This document shows, piece after piece, positions 24,850-38,740 of a stretch of DNA of 64,000 nucleotides. The stretch is from assembly GCF_001194135.2 (NCBI RefSeq), contig NC_068981.1, positions 191,236,834-191,300,833 of the forward strand. Reading direction: 5' to 3'. The notes beneath the pieces are model-generated. The model was not told where the DNA came from. It did not search any database and worked only from the letters and a program-made list of their open reading frames with translations. The translations under genes were made by a program, and so were the position numbers. Position 1 is the stretch's first letter. Each line of letters starts with the position of its first letter. This stretch comes from Octopus bimaculoides. Lineage: Eukaryota.

Positions 24850-25070
24850 TATTTTTCATCATCATCGTCATTTAACATCCATTTTCCATGCTGGCATGGG
24901 TTAGACAGTTTGACAGGAGCCAGCAAGCCAGAGAGCTATACCAAGCTCCATTTGTCTGTTTTGGCATGATTTGATATGGCCGGATTGCCCTTCCTAATGC
25001 CAACCACTTTACACAGTGTACTGGGTGCTTTATATGTGGCTTTTTACATCCATGCTGCTGCCACATATAA
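24850..25070 (-). mobile_element. Family C (RTE 3'UTR)
   Basis: (CAT)n followed by the core in reverse. Confidence 0.75.
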
Positions 25071-25194
25071 AAAGCACACACATATTTAGTCAAACCCATG
25101 CAATTATGGAATAACAGGATGTAAAAATAATTGTGATGATGTATGTTTGTATATATGTGGTGGGTGCAGGAACACATTTACATATATATGTTTG

Positions 25195-25244
<50 letters not shown>

Positions 25245-25245
<1 letters not shown>

Positions 25246-25465
25246 AGCGTGACCATTGCCAGTACCGCCGGACTGGCCCTTGTGCCAGTGGCACATAAAA
25301 AGCACATATTACACTGTTGGAGTGGTTGGCATTAGGAAGGGCATCCAGCTGCAGAAACTGCCAGATCAGATTGGAGCCTGGTGCAGCCTACTGGTTCGCC
25401 AGTCCTCAGTCAAATCGTCCAACCCATGCTAGCATGGAAAGCAGACGTTAAATGATGATGATGAT
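25245..25465 (+). mobile_element. Family C (RTE 3'UTR) with 1 hairpin module
   Basis: Module, core and GAT tail. Confidence 0.8.
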
Positions 25466-25624
25466 ATAACCAGTACAGATATTTATTTTTAGGGAGTTCT
25501 TAAAAATGAAGTGTATTTACTTTTATTCTAGAAAAGTGACTTAGTTTTGAAGTCTCAGGTAATGGCATTTAATAGTTTGATAGTGAGATTAACATTGACA
25601 GAACTTTGTATAAAATAGACAGGC

Positions 25625-25745
25625 ATGTATACATGCATACATACATCCATCCATCCATCCATACATACATACATACATACATACATACATACATACATCC
25701 ATACATACATACATACATACATACATACATGCATACATGTGTGTA
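25625..25745. repeat. (CATA/CATC)n tetranucleotide microsatellite
   Basis: Seen directly. It is the source of several spurious YVCM/HTYI ORFs. Confidence 0.9.
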
Positions 25746-26899
25746 CATGTATATACCCACTCATGCACACACACAGAGTGAATCTCTAGCATAACTAATA
25801 CACAAATTCATTTCTTTGCCTTTGACATTTTATTTTCAGTAAAAAAAATTCTAATTGCAGTGAAAGTTCACTTGTCTCTCTTTAGTTATTTTCTTATTCT
25901 GATTTTCCTTTTAACTTGTTTATCTCTTAACTTTCTTATTTAAGAAACTTTCAGTTTTATCCGTCGTCTGTCAAAATATTTGATAGATGACATAGATTCA
26001 TTTCCATTTCTTCTTAATCACTTGTCATAATATTTAATCTTTAGATTTGTTTCAAGTCAATTTTAACTTAATCTTTTACTGTTCTACTTTTTTATTTTTT
26101 ATTTATTTTTATAGTCTTCATTGTGTTTGCATTAATTTTTCGGGGGGTTTACTGCTGCTATTAAGTATTTGTCATTTAGTTACTTCAAGCATGATAATTC
26201 CTTTATGATAAACTCCATTTAATTTACAAGTCTGTATGTCAGCCTATAGCTTCTTCTTTTTTTTTTTCTTTCTCTGTAAATCTAATTTGTACACAATGAG
26301 ATAATTATTATTTGGTTTTCAATCTGCACTCTACTTTTTCTGAAAGTTCTCTAAGAATTTGTTGAAACTTTCTGTATTTTTCTAAATCAGACTAAACCAT
26401 GATAAAATACTTGAGGTTCAAATTTAGATTTTATTCAAATTAATGTTTAAAATATCTATATATATTTTCTTTTTTAATTATTAAATGGTTTCATCGTCAA
26501 ACATATACAATGATTCATATGTTGCGTTTAATGGAGTACATAATACAAATTTAACACTAATTTAAAATCCAAGAGCTGCAGCTAAACACGCCATTTGGTC
26601 TGGGGTGAACAACCCATTATCCTCTCCCCTCATCTTCCGCTGTTTGGTGAGATAGTTATAGTTGTTGGTTTTTTTCGATAATTTGGATTTTTATACTTTT
26701 AATGTTTTATCTTTTCTTTACTTCCTGTGAAAATATGTTTATAAAACATTAAATTTTCTGGAAAAAAATTTTACATTAAAATATTTATTTATTTATCTTG
26801 GTTTATCTTTGTATTTTTAATTCTGTCACTTCATAACCATGTAGTGCCAGGTTCAATGTCATTGTGTGGCACCTTGTGCCAGTATGTCTATGGGGTTAA

Positions 26900-27120
26900 G
26901 TGGAGGCGCATGGCTTAGTGGTTAGGGTGTTGGACTCATGATCATAAGATTGTGGTTTCAGTTTCTGGACTGGGCAATGCGTTGTGTCCTTGAGCAAGAC
27001 ACTTTATTTCACATTGCTCCAGTCCACTCAACTAGTAAACATGAATAATCCAGAGGTGGATGCACCACAGAAACCGGGAAACTGTCTCTCTGAGTCTATA
27101 TGACTTGGGGAAGGATCTTT
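26900..27120 (+). mobile_element. tRNA-derived SINE, family D (CORE-like ccttgagcaagacactt)
   Basis: Head gtggaggcgcatggcttagtggttagggtgttggactc. Related copies lie at 21.9, 41.7, 52.25 and 56.4 kb. Confidence 0.75.
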
Positions 27121-29400
27121 TTTTATCCACATTGTTAAGAAGGTTCCTTGACAGTCAGGTAGTTCAGAGTTTGATTTCAATGAGTAGCACCTTGCACAGA
27201 TGTCTTACAACACAGCCTTGAGTCAACCAAACTTTTTGAATGAAATTGGAAGCTGTAGAAACCCTTCAGAAGGGCTTCATCTGTTTTGCAATAGTAGACT
27301 TAATCCATCACCACCACTTAATTCATGGATTTAACACCACTACCTCACTCATGGATACATTAGCATAGTAATACCTGCAGCAAATATATGGACCAGGCTT
27401 TTGCTCCTCATTTCAACTCTTCAACAAGTGGTTGGATTAGTAGAATTGTTAGTGCTGCAGTTTTTTTTAGTTTTTTTTCATTCAGTTCCCTTTATATCCA
27501 GAGTTCAAATCCTACCAAAAATCATACCATCTTAGTTTTCCTGGGTTGATAAAATAAAGTATCAGCCAAATAATTGACTGATACTGGTGCCTCCCAGATT
27601 TCTTGCAGCAAAATACTACAATGTTNNNNNNNNNNNNNNNNNNNNNNNNNNNNNNNNNNTTAACGTATTCTTTTCAACTATCTACAAACACAGCCAGGCT
27701 GAAATAATTAATGCATTCTTCCAGGAGTGAATAAAAAACTTGAAGGGGTGGGCCCCTTACATGCTAACATGGGCCCTCATATATGGATTCTAATGGCACA
27801 GGGGCCCACTTCCCATCGGGCAAGCTGACAACCTCGCCAGTCTGCCACTGCATGTGAGGAGCAATGACCCCATCACCACCAGGTGTTATTAGTTTTGATA
27901 GACATTGTGTTTGGTGCAATCTGACAGAAGAACAACAACAGACGGAGACAGATGGCACTGGCCATCTTAAAACTTCATATCTGAACTAATAGACTGCTAG
28001 GTTATTCCAAATGACAAGATTGGTAACCTCCATGTCCTGAATCTACTCCACAATGTTTCAATGAGATAAAAACAAAATAATTATAGAATTGTAAAGGTGA
28101 TAGAAGAGAGAATAAAGATATGAGGAGGAGGGAGAAGGTATGAAAGGATAAACAAAGACAAACACAATCACATAATTTGAAAGACGGTTAAAAATGTATA
28201 TAATACAGTTATAGTAATAATAACACAGTTTGGTTTTGTGTTACTTTGCATGAAATGTGTGTTTGTTTTGTGTCACATTGCATGAAATGTGTGTTTGTCT
28301 ACAATCATATCTGGAGGTTGGTTGTGTTCTCACCAAAGAACATGAATAAAGAATATTTAATGCATTCATTTCAATGGAAATAGTTATTTTATTTGAAGGA
28401 TATTTTATTCTTAACATATGAGCAAAGAATTTTTCAAACTTTAGAAATATAGATTTTCTTATCAATCATTTTCCAATAAAGGGATTTTTTTTTTTTTTTT
28501 TTTTTTGAAAGTTTGCTTTTTTGAAAAATTTTCAAAAAATTCTTACAGGCAGATGTTTTTAGCATTGATTATCCTTTTTTTTTTTTTTGAGGACATTTAA
28601 ACATTGATTTGGTGTTTGTTTACATTATTTATTATTTTACATTATTTATTATTTTATATTTTTATATTTAAATAATTTGTCTTTGGTGTGTATTTTTATT
28701 GGAGAAAAAAATATACAATCAAGCTTTTAGATCTTCAAAGAAAGCTTTCTAACATCTTCTGCATTAATTTGAAAAAGAAAATGTATTCCATTAATAAAGC
28801 CCACCTATTAAGGAATGTACTGGAACTCGGGTGTTAGTAATAATGGAGAAAAGGGTGGAGAGAGAGAGAGAGTGTGTGTGTGTGTGTATGTGTTTGTGCA
28901 TGGAAGAGACAGAAAAATACAATGTATGTGTATGTGTGAGATAGACAGATAGTTATTTAATCTAAACCATATCTAGCTTAAACATTTTATCTATCCCCAT
29001 GTTTCATTATATAGATATTATATGCATAGACATTTTCCACTTGTTTTGAGAAGATTCCATATCCTTTTATTACCATTCTCGATGTCGGCTTTAAAATACC
29101 GGTTTAGTGTAGTGAATGAATACTACATCAGAAACATATTTTTTCCTCTTCTTTTCTCAGTACCAGTTTGGGATGTATATATAATAGAACATAGAACTAG
29201 TTCATTCTCACTTTGCTATTAAATGTTTCCATTGATAAATCTCACAACTTTTACAAAGGCAAAACATAAATTATATTGAAAATATTTTTATTGTTCTTAT
29301 AAATGTTTAGCTTGAAAATTGGCAGCTGCTAGACACTTGCAGTTTTGTTCTATGACTGAACAAAAATGGAAAGCATTCATCACTATACAACTATACATAC

Positions 29401-29453
<53 letters not shown>

Positions 29454-29459
29454 GTATGT

Positions 29460-30165
29460 ACATCATCAGTATTTTTTGTCTGTTTTTCCATGCCTGCATG
29501 GGTTGGATGAGTCCTCTCTAACATAGTCTTACCATTTATTGCCTTTCTTTGTCATCTCCTTTTTGAAGTTCAGCATCCTGAAATCAGTTTTTACCGCTTC
29601 TGCCCATTTCTTCTTTGGTCTTTCTCTTCTGTAGTTTCCTTCCATGTGGCTCTCAAGGCACCTCTTTACCAATTCCTCATCATCCATCTTCATTTCATGG
29701 CCATACCAAGACAGTCATCTCTCTTACACATTACTTTTGATTCCTCTTATACCCAGTTTTTCTCTCAGTCCATCTGTATCACATCACTCATATACACTAA
29801 CATTTCACATCTGCTGTTTTTAATGCCTACATCTCCCTACCATGCAGCATCACACTTCATACCAAAGCAACTTACATTCAACCCATTGCTCAAAGAGTGG
29901 ATCTCCTCTTTACTCTTATTCAGAACACTCTCCTCCACTGCTGAGTAGTTTGTCAGGGTGACAGAAGCTATCAACTATTTCTATGGAACCTTCCAAGCAT
30001 CAAAATGATTTTATTTTACTGGTGCTCTGACTGTTAACTACTCCTGTGCATCTACCACATACACAGTCTTAGTTTGCCATCAACCTACTTGTTTCAGTTG
30101 CATTCATTGATTCTTTTTACAGCCCTGCTACCTTTATGCAATACCCATCAATGTATTATTCACTG
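29460..30165 (-). mobile_element. RTE LINE 3' fragment: ORF end joined to the family C tail
   Basis: Minus strand gives CGRCTG, EIVDSF, LREKLGIRGIK, LSWYGHE and RERPKKKWAEAVKTD, then tccaacccatgcaggcatggaaa..tgatgatg. Confidence 0.8.
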
Positions 30166-30177
30166 TTTCCTCTGCAT

Positions 30178-30483
30178 CAGTGGTTCTCAGCTAGGGTCCA
30201 TATGGCCCTTGAGGATCCATATAGGATTTTGTCATTAAAATTTTCCCCAGCATGGCCACAGCCTTAGGGCTGAAACATATAAAACAACAAACGTATAATA
30301 AATTAATTATATTTCTACAATACACAAAATATTTTGCTAATTTTTTATACAGTTCCTAATAACATTTAATTATGAAAATACAAGAAGGTCTTTTTTTAAG
30401 CATCAAATGACTATAGGGATCAATTTTGAGTAAAATAGGGATCAAATGGGTCTACAGGCAAAAAAAACTGTTGAGAAACACTG
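30178..30483. mobile_element. hAT-type MITE
   Basis: TIRs CAGTGGTTCTCAG and GTTGAGAAACACTG, with a perfect 8-bp TSD CTCTGCAT at 30170-30177 and 30484-30491. Confidence 0.9.
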
Positions 30484-30621
30484 CTCTGCATCAAAGCATG
30501 AATTATGTCTTAGCAAGTGACAAATGGATGCACAGCATTGACAAGTCCCAAGTTGGGCAAAAACACATCTGTCATTCTTGGGAATCACTGCTGCAGTGTT
30601 GTTTGCTTCATTCTTAATATA

Positions 30622-30748
30622 CAGGGTGTCCACAAAGTCTGGGTACATTAGGATTAACACATACTTTAAGAAATTATTATTTCTTATATTTAATTGTTTA
30701 TGTTATGATTTTATTTACTCCATGTACTCAGACCTTGTGGACACCCTG
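30622..30748. mobile_element. Tc1/mariner-type MITE (about 127 bp)
   Basis: TIR CAGGGTGTCCACAAAGTCTGGGTACAT with TA on the left. Near-identical to 38219-38344. Confidence 0.88.
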
Positions 30749-31159
30749 CACTTTGCATTATCACATTTGTGAGGAGATTTTCTCTCAGACAAAAACCACA
30801 GCATCACGCCTTTCAATGGTTTATATACATTTAATATAATGTTGGTTTTAATTTAATGCTTTTTAAATTACGCTCACTGCTTTTTTTTTTTTCTAACCTA
30901 GCTTGAAATATTGCTTTCAAATTTTAGCACATGGCCAGCAATTTTGTGTGGGCTAAGTTGTTTGCATTGACACCTGTATACAGTTGATACTTATTTTAAT
31001 GACCTCGAAAGGACAAAAGTCAAACTTGACCTCAGCAGCATTTGAACTCAGAACATAAAGTCTGAAAAAATGCCACTAAGCATTTTTCCCAGTTCAATAA
31101 TAATTCTGCCAGCTTCCCACCTTACTTTTAGCGTGAAATATTAAAATTATGTCTCTAAT

Positions 31160-31530
31160 CATCATCGTCATCATCCTCATTGTCGTCGTTTAACATCCGC
31201 TTTCCATGCTGGCATGGGTTGGACGGTTTGACTCTGGACTGGCAAGCCAGAAGGCTGCACCAGGCTCCAATCCGATCTGGCAAAGTTTCTACAGCTGGAT
31301 GCCCTTCCTAACGCCAATCACTCTGAGAGTGTAGTGGGTGCTTTTTGCATGCCACCAGCATGAGGGTCAGTCAGATGGCACCAGCAACAATCACGCTCAA
31401 ATGGTGCTTTTTATGTGCCACTAGCATGAGACCAGTCAGGCGGCACTGGCATCAACCACACTCAAATGGTGCTTTTTATGTGCTACCGGCATAGGTGCCA
31501 ATCAGGTGGTACTGTCATCGGCCACAACAA
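31160..31530 (-). mobile_element. Family C (RTE 3'UTR) with about 3 modules
   Basis: (CAT)n, core and repeated tcaaatggtgctttttatgtgc modules. Confidence 0.8.
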
Positions 31531-32719
31531 CGATTTCTAATATACATTGATACTTGTGAAAATGGTCATGGTGAAATCAGTTGTAGATTGGAGAACAACA
31601 ATTGGAGGATGGATCATGCCCCCCATAGTCATACTGATCCTGGGTCTGTGGGATTCCTTGACTGCAGGTTGCCCTATAACAGGTGGACTACATCAGCCAT
31701 TCACATTTTGTATACTATGTAAACATTTTAGCTCATTTCTCCCCTTTTCCTTCTTTTTTTCTCTTTCCACCATTTCTATGTAAATCTCACATACAAATTG
31801 TAAATCATCCTTGTAATGTCCCCCTGATTAACTACCCTTCTAACCAATAAAAGTAATTATAGTTTTACTTATATTTTTTTATGTTAGGATGGATAGGCAT
31901 GCATTTTGTTGAAGCATTAGTTTTTACAACACCATTCTTATTCCTATCACCAATCCAGAAACCTGTCTTACATCTTGACCATTGTGGTCAGTAATCTGGC
32001 ACTTTAATTTTACAGTATAATATCTTGTATAAGATAGATCAATTTCCATCTCTGTTTGAGACAGGAATTTTACTATTATTTTCTTAGCCTTAAAGTAAAT
32101 ATATTGTTTAGATTTGTGATGAACAGGAATTTAGTTTGTTTATGAAACCTTTAGAATAACACAATGCTTGTCATTTTCAGGCCTCATATTTATTGATCAG
32201 CTAAATTAATATTTCACAAAATTCTTAAAAACTACTTTAATTTTAGTTTGCTCTTCTCATGAAGAGCTGCTTATTTCAAATGACTATCAGAATGAAACCG
32301 AGGCCTTGTCAGCTATCTACTCATTCATTGTGCTTCGTCAGTAATCAGAGATAATTAAACACCTCGTTTAAAAAATTTCTTATCAAAAGACTTAGCTCGT
32401 CAAACTTTGTAATTCATAACGAAACCATTGATAGGCATCTGACAAACGCATAATAATGTTGCATGCCTTTTTAATTATTTTAATCATCATCATCATCATC
32501 GTCGTCGTCATCATCATCTTCATTATTATTCGGTATTCCATACCTTACAATACCTCTGACCTTTTCAAATTCGAAGCTGCCACTAGCATTAATACTGATC
32601 ATATTACAAAAATCCAAACAGTTGAAAAAAAAAAGAATCAGTTATTGAATTATTGGCAGCTTTTGTCTTTTAATAAGAGATGAAATATATAAAAATGATG
32701 ACATAGACTTTATGAGTGT

Positions 32720-32761
<42 letters not shown>

Positions 32762-33765
32762 ATTCACACACACACACACAAATACTCATTTTCATTTTGT
32801 GAAGGTATTTTCTATAAAAATGCTTTTTTGTTTGAACATTTTGATTGGCAATAATTTTATGGATAAATTTCACTAATGCTCAAGATTGAATCGGAGGACT
32901 GAGAATTTTATTGTTGGCACTAATTGAGATTTTCTTTCTTTCTCTTTTCTAATTATTTCTTGTCTTTATTTTCATCACTTATTTTTCTGGCCAATCAGTG
33001 TTAAGTTTTAAAAAAAGTGGAAGAATGATTTATGAGTGGAACCAGATGGAGGCAAGCAAAAATGACCCCTATCTTTCCAGTCGACCATACTTGTATCAAG
33101 TCAACATAGGATTCTGTATAATGTTACTCATTCTGCTAGAGATAGCAGCAAAGTATCCTTCAAAGCACATCCTTCAATTTTAAAAGGAAAGATAATGTAG
33201 TTCTAGAGAGCCCTAAATAAAGATGAGTGGAATGCTTTCTATCATTTATCTGCTTTATCAGGGTTGATGTGGGGCTAAACTTTAAAGACCCTACTTTTAT
33301 GGTCCAACTTCATATAAAGGCTGGAGCTGGCCAGAGTTATTGCATCCCAATCTAAAGGTTAATTGATCAATAACTTGTACCCTATTATCAGTTGATCCAG
33401 ATAGGAAAAAAAAAGGGATCTGTGTAAAAATACATCTTAATGTCATAATTTCCATCATTATTTTTACTGTTTTCCCTATTGATACAAGTTGGATAGCAAT
33501 CAGCTCATTATTGTTTTAACATCAAAATTCTATGCTTGCATGGGTTGGACAGAGTTTATTGAGGCAAATTTTTGACAGCTGGATGCCATTCCTGTCACCC
33601 TCACCCCATGGCCAGACATGTTTCCACAGAATATTGAAAATGAAGGACACTGCTTGTGTGACAGTGACACTCATTTACAAGTATCATCATACAATGTCAA
33701 AACAAGGAGACACACATCACATACACATACACACACACATACACACACACACACATACACACACA

Positions 33766-33797
<32 letters not shown>

Positions 33798-34469
33798 TAC
33801 ACACATATATTAAATACAATGGGCTTCTTTCAATTTCCATCTATCAAATTCACTCACAAGGCTTTGGCCAGCCCAAGGCTAATATAGAAAACACTTGCCC
33901 AAGGTTCCACACACAGTGTTTTTGGGAAGCAATCTTCTTAACTATGCAACCACGTCTGTGCTCATCAACTTGAATCTGTTAATTATTTCATAAGATTGAT
34001 TGATTGTTCATGATAAGAATATATTATAGTTTATAAATTGCTATTCATCATTCATTGTCAGTCACAAGAATTAAAAACAAAACATTATGTCATTGATGAA
34101 TTCAAAACAAACATTGTATTGATAAAAGATTATACCATTTCTTGAAATGTTCAAAACTAATTTTTAGCACGTCTGTGTAGTTAAGAAGTGAACTTGACAA
34201 ACACATCAGTCTGGACACAGTCCTACTGCAGCACCTTGGGAAAGTAGGGAGAGGGCTGGGTTTAGGAGGGTTACTCAGTGCCAGGAACAAAATCAGGGGT
34301 AATGGCAGGGTGATGCCATTGGCAAAATGAAGGGGTTTTCAGGAAAAAAGGGGAGTTGAAATGGGCATTAATGAGTATTTCATGGAAAATAAAGTGGTAA
34401 GGGGATAATATTGAATAGGGCCTCATTTTTGCTTGGATGGGTGAGTCTTCTCAGTCACAACAAATTGCC

Positions 34470-34815
34470 AATCATTTCAGTCCTTTGTCATCACCTCTGT
34501 GAGTCTCAACATCCAAAGGTCATTTTCCATTTCATCCCATGTCTTTCTGGGTCTCCTTCTTCCACAGGTTCCATTCACAATTAGCAAGTAACTCTTCTTC
34601 AATCCATACATATTGTATGACCATACAAGTGCAGTCTTCTCTCTTGCACATTACACCTGATGCCACTTATGCCCAAATTTTCTCTCAACACATTTGCACT
34701 TTGTTGTACTTGCACAGTTAACATTGCACATCCAGTGTAGCATTTCAAGCTTCATTTCTTTCTAACATTCACATGTCCTCTGCATTCACAGCTCATGTCT
34801 CACTACCATCATACA
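34470..34815 (-). mobile_element. RTE LINE ORF C-terminal remnant
   Basis: Homologous to 10668-10860 and 29550-29800. Confidence 0.65.
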
Positions 34816-34828
34816 CTCTGCCTTTCTC

Positions 34829-34868
<40 letters not shown>

Positions 34869-37800
34869 TAGCTTTCCAAACTTTCTTCAGTCAGTTCTTA
34901 TTCTAGCCACTGTTTTCTGAGCATCCTCCTCCACTGCTAATTAAGGATCCTAGGAAAAAGAAACCATCAATTGCTTCTAAGGATCATCTCAGGCATTCAA
35001 GGAGAGGGATTACCTATGTTCTTTGCTTTTAGTTGTTTCTGCACATCTACCACACACAAACTCTACTTTCACAGTTAGCCTTCCTGTGATTCCACTGCAG
35101 CTCTTATGCGTCCACAATTTGCACTGCATATGCTGTATGGAATTTCTACCTACACATTCTCTACATCTCAATCAGGGCCATTTTCCTGAAGGGTTTGTCT
35201 ATTTTCATGCTCATTAGAACTTTGGTCTTTACTAAGTTAAATTTATGGCTCTTTGATACTAGGTTTTGCTTCCACACCTGGTATTTCTTCTCTAAATCTA
35301 TTGCAGATTTAGCTGTGACAGGCTTCTTTCAATTTGTGTTTGTTAATCCACTCACAAGGCTTTCCCAGAGTGCCACACAGTAGGATTGACCCCAAAACCA
35401 TATATTTAGCAAGCAAACTTCTTAACCACACAGCCATGCCTGAAAGATCTGCTTCCTCTATTTGGTTAAGTCTTGCTTTTGGCTTCATTGGTTGTACTGC
35501 AAACTGGAAAAAAAAATATCTGTCTATTTGGCCTGAACCTGTTTTAATCTTGCTTTACTGTTTGTAGTTGAGTTCCCAATAGACATATTATTCTTATATT
35601 TTGACATTTTTCCCCACATAAAACTTAAGCATTTTACTTTTATTTATCAATGTAGCATATGAAAGGCTACATGGGACAGAGTTGTTAAATGTTGAAAGTT
35701 GTGTTTATTCTCTGGATGAAAGAGCAGAGCTTGTAAAACTATCATGCTATTTTAACTTGAAACATCTCACCAAATAACAACTATTAATTGGAAATAACAG
35801 CTTGATGTATAATATTTAGATTGATATTAATATAATGAGCTACAGCCATAACATGGTTGTTAATGGGACTAGTTTCAATTATAGATCATTTACTTCCTTT
35901 CATCTATGTAATTTACAAATTCTGAAACTATTTTCACTCAGAAGAATATACTTTCAAGAGAAATATAATTTTGATATCTTTCCATGTCCAGTGCAAATAA
36001 TAAAAAAAAAAAAAGAAAAGCAAGTTTTATTTATTTATTTTATTCTTTAGTCCTCTTATTCCTCTGCTCTGTAATGGTTTCAATATGTCACAGCTGTGCT
36101 GAGATACATAGATACATTGATAGAGATGTTTCTGGGGTCTCAGGGAGTTTTGGGGTCTCTTAATGGAGAAAATATAAAGAACATCTTTTTGTATTTTTAA
36201 CCCTTTGCTTCCTCAGTAGTCCCAAGATACATCACACAAATGCTCTGGGATCCATCATTAATGATATTTCTGAAACATTAGAAGGGTTTACCTATCTTCA
36301 CAGTAATATACAGTAATAAACAATAAAAGCAAACTTTGGGGGAATTTTAGTCCTTTTATTCCTAACAGAAGTATCATAGATGTCTTTATACATTGGACAA
36401 AACTATATTTCATAGAGAGGGCAGGACCTTTCCATGCAAGCCTTCCCTCTCCCTGTTATTGATGTTTATCCAAGGGAAGTAACATTGACTTGGGTCAAAA
36501 CAATTTGGCACAGTGTCAATGTAGGTATTGCTGTCGGAACACAGAGTCAGATAAGCCACCACAAAGAATTTTGCTTGCCCTTTTAATTGTTCTGCAAATT
36601 CACTTCTCTGGAATGGTACAGTATTTATGAACCCTGAAAGGATGAAATGCAGAGTTGACCTTAGCAGGGTTTCAACTAATAGCATGTAGTGTTAGAACAC
36701 ACTATCCAACATTCTTAATGACTCTGCTAATTCCCTGTCTTGGTAGATTTAATCCAACATCCACTTTAACATCCCCTGACCCTCGTGTGCATTCAACGGA
36801 GTCTACTTTGTTCTAGGCCTTTGGTTTAAGTCTCCAGCCTGGATATATCTTCAGCCCTTCTTCTTGGGTCTGAATGACCTATAAATGATGTACATCGAAG
36901 ACAAAAATGATTTTTTAATTAAAATAAAACACATTCTACTGTCTTAAAAAGAAAATGTAATGGTTTTATAGTCTACTGCAGTTTCAGATGTATAAAACAC
37001 TTGGTCTTGTCTTACTGAAGATATGACAACATCTCTAGTGCTGGTGCTATGATACAATTCACCTAGTATATGTTGTATAGTAATTGGTGAAAGAAAGAGT
37101 GCCCAGCCATAGAAACCATGACAATGTTGAAGGGAAGATATTAAGATTAGTTGGAACACTCCAATACTTGAATGGTACTTTATTTTATCAACCCTAGTTG
37201 GAAGAAAAGTAAGTTGACTCCAGCTGGATTTGAACTCAGGATGTAAAGAGCCAGAACAAGTATCACAAAGCATTTTCTCAATACTTTAACAAATCTGCCA
37301 TCTTACCATCTTGATAATGATAATTGCTTCAAATTTTGGCATAAGGCCAGCAATTTTAGGAGGGGTAAGTCAACACACCAACCCCCAGTGCTTAAATGGT
37401 ATTTATTTTATCACCTCCATCCCCCAGAAAAGGAATGAAATGCTAAGTTGACTTTGGTGGAATTTGAACTCAGAGTGTAAAGAGCCAGAAAAAAATGCCA
37501 CCAAACCTTTTTTTTCTTATACTTTATTGATTCTACCAAGCTTCATAATAATAGTAGTTTCAAACTTTGACACAAGGCCAGAAAATTTAGGAGAGAGGGA
37601 TAATAATCGATTACATTGATATAAGTACTTGACTGGTACTTTTACTGACGCTGACAGGATGACAGGCAAAGTTGACCTCAACAGGATTTGAACCCAGAAC
37701 ATAAAGAGCTGGAAGAAATGCTGCTAAGCAATTTTGTCTGATGTTCTAATGATTCAGCCAGATTGTTGCCTTTACCTTGGTAAGAACAAGAAGATAATGT

Positions 37801-37991
37801 TATTGTCTTCAGAACTTCAGAACTTGCTTTATCATTTTCCAGAATCTTAATTCTGTTTTCATAAATTTCATTTGTTTTGTATATTTTACGATTTTGTGAC
37901 CTTGTTTCCATTTTTTTAAAATTAATTTTTAGTTACTCAGTTATTTGTTATATTATTATTATTTTTTTCTCTCTTTTTCCTTTTTTTTTAG

Positions 37992-38172
37992 CTGACCTTG
38001 AGTATCAAAAGAATCAATCGTTACGCACCTGTATTCACCCAAGACAACTATCTGTTTATTACGCGACGTAATGTTACCGTCGGGAGCTTTGTTGGACAAG
38101 TCAGTGCTTTCGATCAAGATGTTGGCCCCAACGGTCATATACACATGTACAGGATTTATGGTGGCAATGATG
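37992..38172 (+). CDS. Cadherin-repeat protein, exon C (EC1 end, linker and EC2 N-half)
   Basis: Long poly-T tract, ag|CTG, encoding LTLSIKRINRYAPVFTQDNYLFITRRNVTVGSFVGQVSAFDQDVGPNGHIHMYRIYGGND. Contains the cadherin PVF, VG.V.A.D.D.G.NG and Y.I.GGN motifs. Donor G|gtaagc, phase 0/1. Confidence 0.93.
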
Positions 38173-38218
38173 GTAAGCAAACTATTCTTTACAGCTATTA
38201 CTAGCATATATGTATATA

Positions 38219-38344
38219 CAGGGTGTCCACAAAGTCTGGGTTCATGGGATTAACACATACTTTAAGAAATTATTATTTCTTATATTTAATTGTTTATGTT
38301 ATGATATTATTTACTCCATGTACCCAGGCTTTGTGGACACCCTG
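38219..38344. mobile_element. Tc1/mariner-type MITE (126 bp)
   Basis: TIRs CAGGGTGTCCACAAAG and CTTTGTGGACACCCTG with TA on both sides. Confidence 0.92.
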
Positions 38345-38349
38345 TATAT

Positions 38350-38740
38350 TGTGGAGGTGCAATGACCCAATGGTTAGGGCAGCGGACTCGCAGTCATAGG
38401 ATTGCGGTTTCAATTCCCAGACCGGGCGTTGTAAGTGTTTATTGAGCGAAAACATCTAAAGCTCCACGGGGCTCCAGCAGGGAATAGTGGCAAACCTTAC
38501 TGTACTCTTTCACCACAACTTTCTCTCACTGTTTCTTCCTGTTTCTGTCGTACCTGTATTTCAAAGGGCCAGCCTTGTCACACTCTGTGTCATGCTGAAT
38601 CTCCCTGAGAACGTTGTTAAGAGTACACTTGTCTGTGGAGTGTTCAGCCACTTGCACGTTAATTTCATGAGCAGGCTGTTCCATTGATCAGATCAATTGG
38701 AACCCTCATCATCATAACCAATGAAGTGCTACGATATATA
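38350..38740 (+). mobile_element. tRNA-derived SINE, family D long form
   Basis: tRNA-like head with A/B-box-like motifs. A 16-bp direct repeat TATTACTAGCATATAT (38196-38211 and 38741-38756) brackets the MITE plus SINE. Confidence 0.85.

Noticed and set aside
25555-25794. Cluster of ORFs rich in YVCM/HTYI (also similar ones at 33.6, 42.1, 47.9-48.9 and 52.4-54.1 kb)
   Set aside because: These are translations of (CATA)n, (CA)n and (TA)n microsatellites and repeat copies.
38350-38425. tRNA-like sequences at SINE heads (also 26900, 43717 and 52245)
   Set aside because: They lack a complete cloverleaf and acceptor stem and continue into SINE bodies, so they are not tRNA genes.
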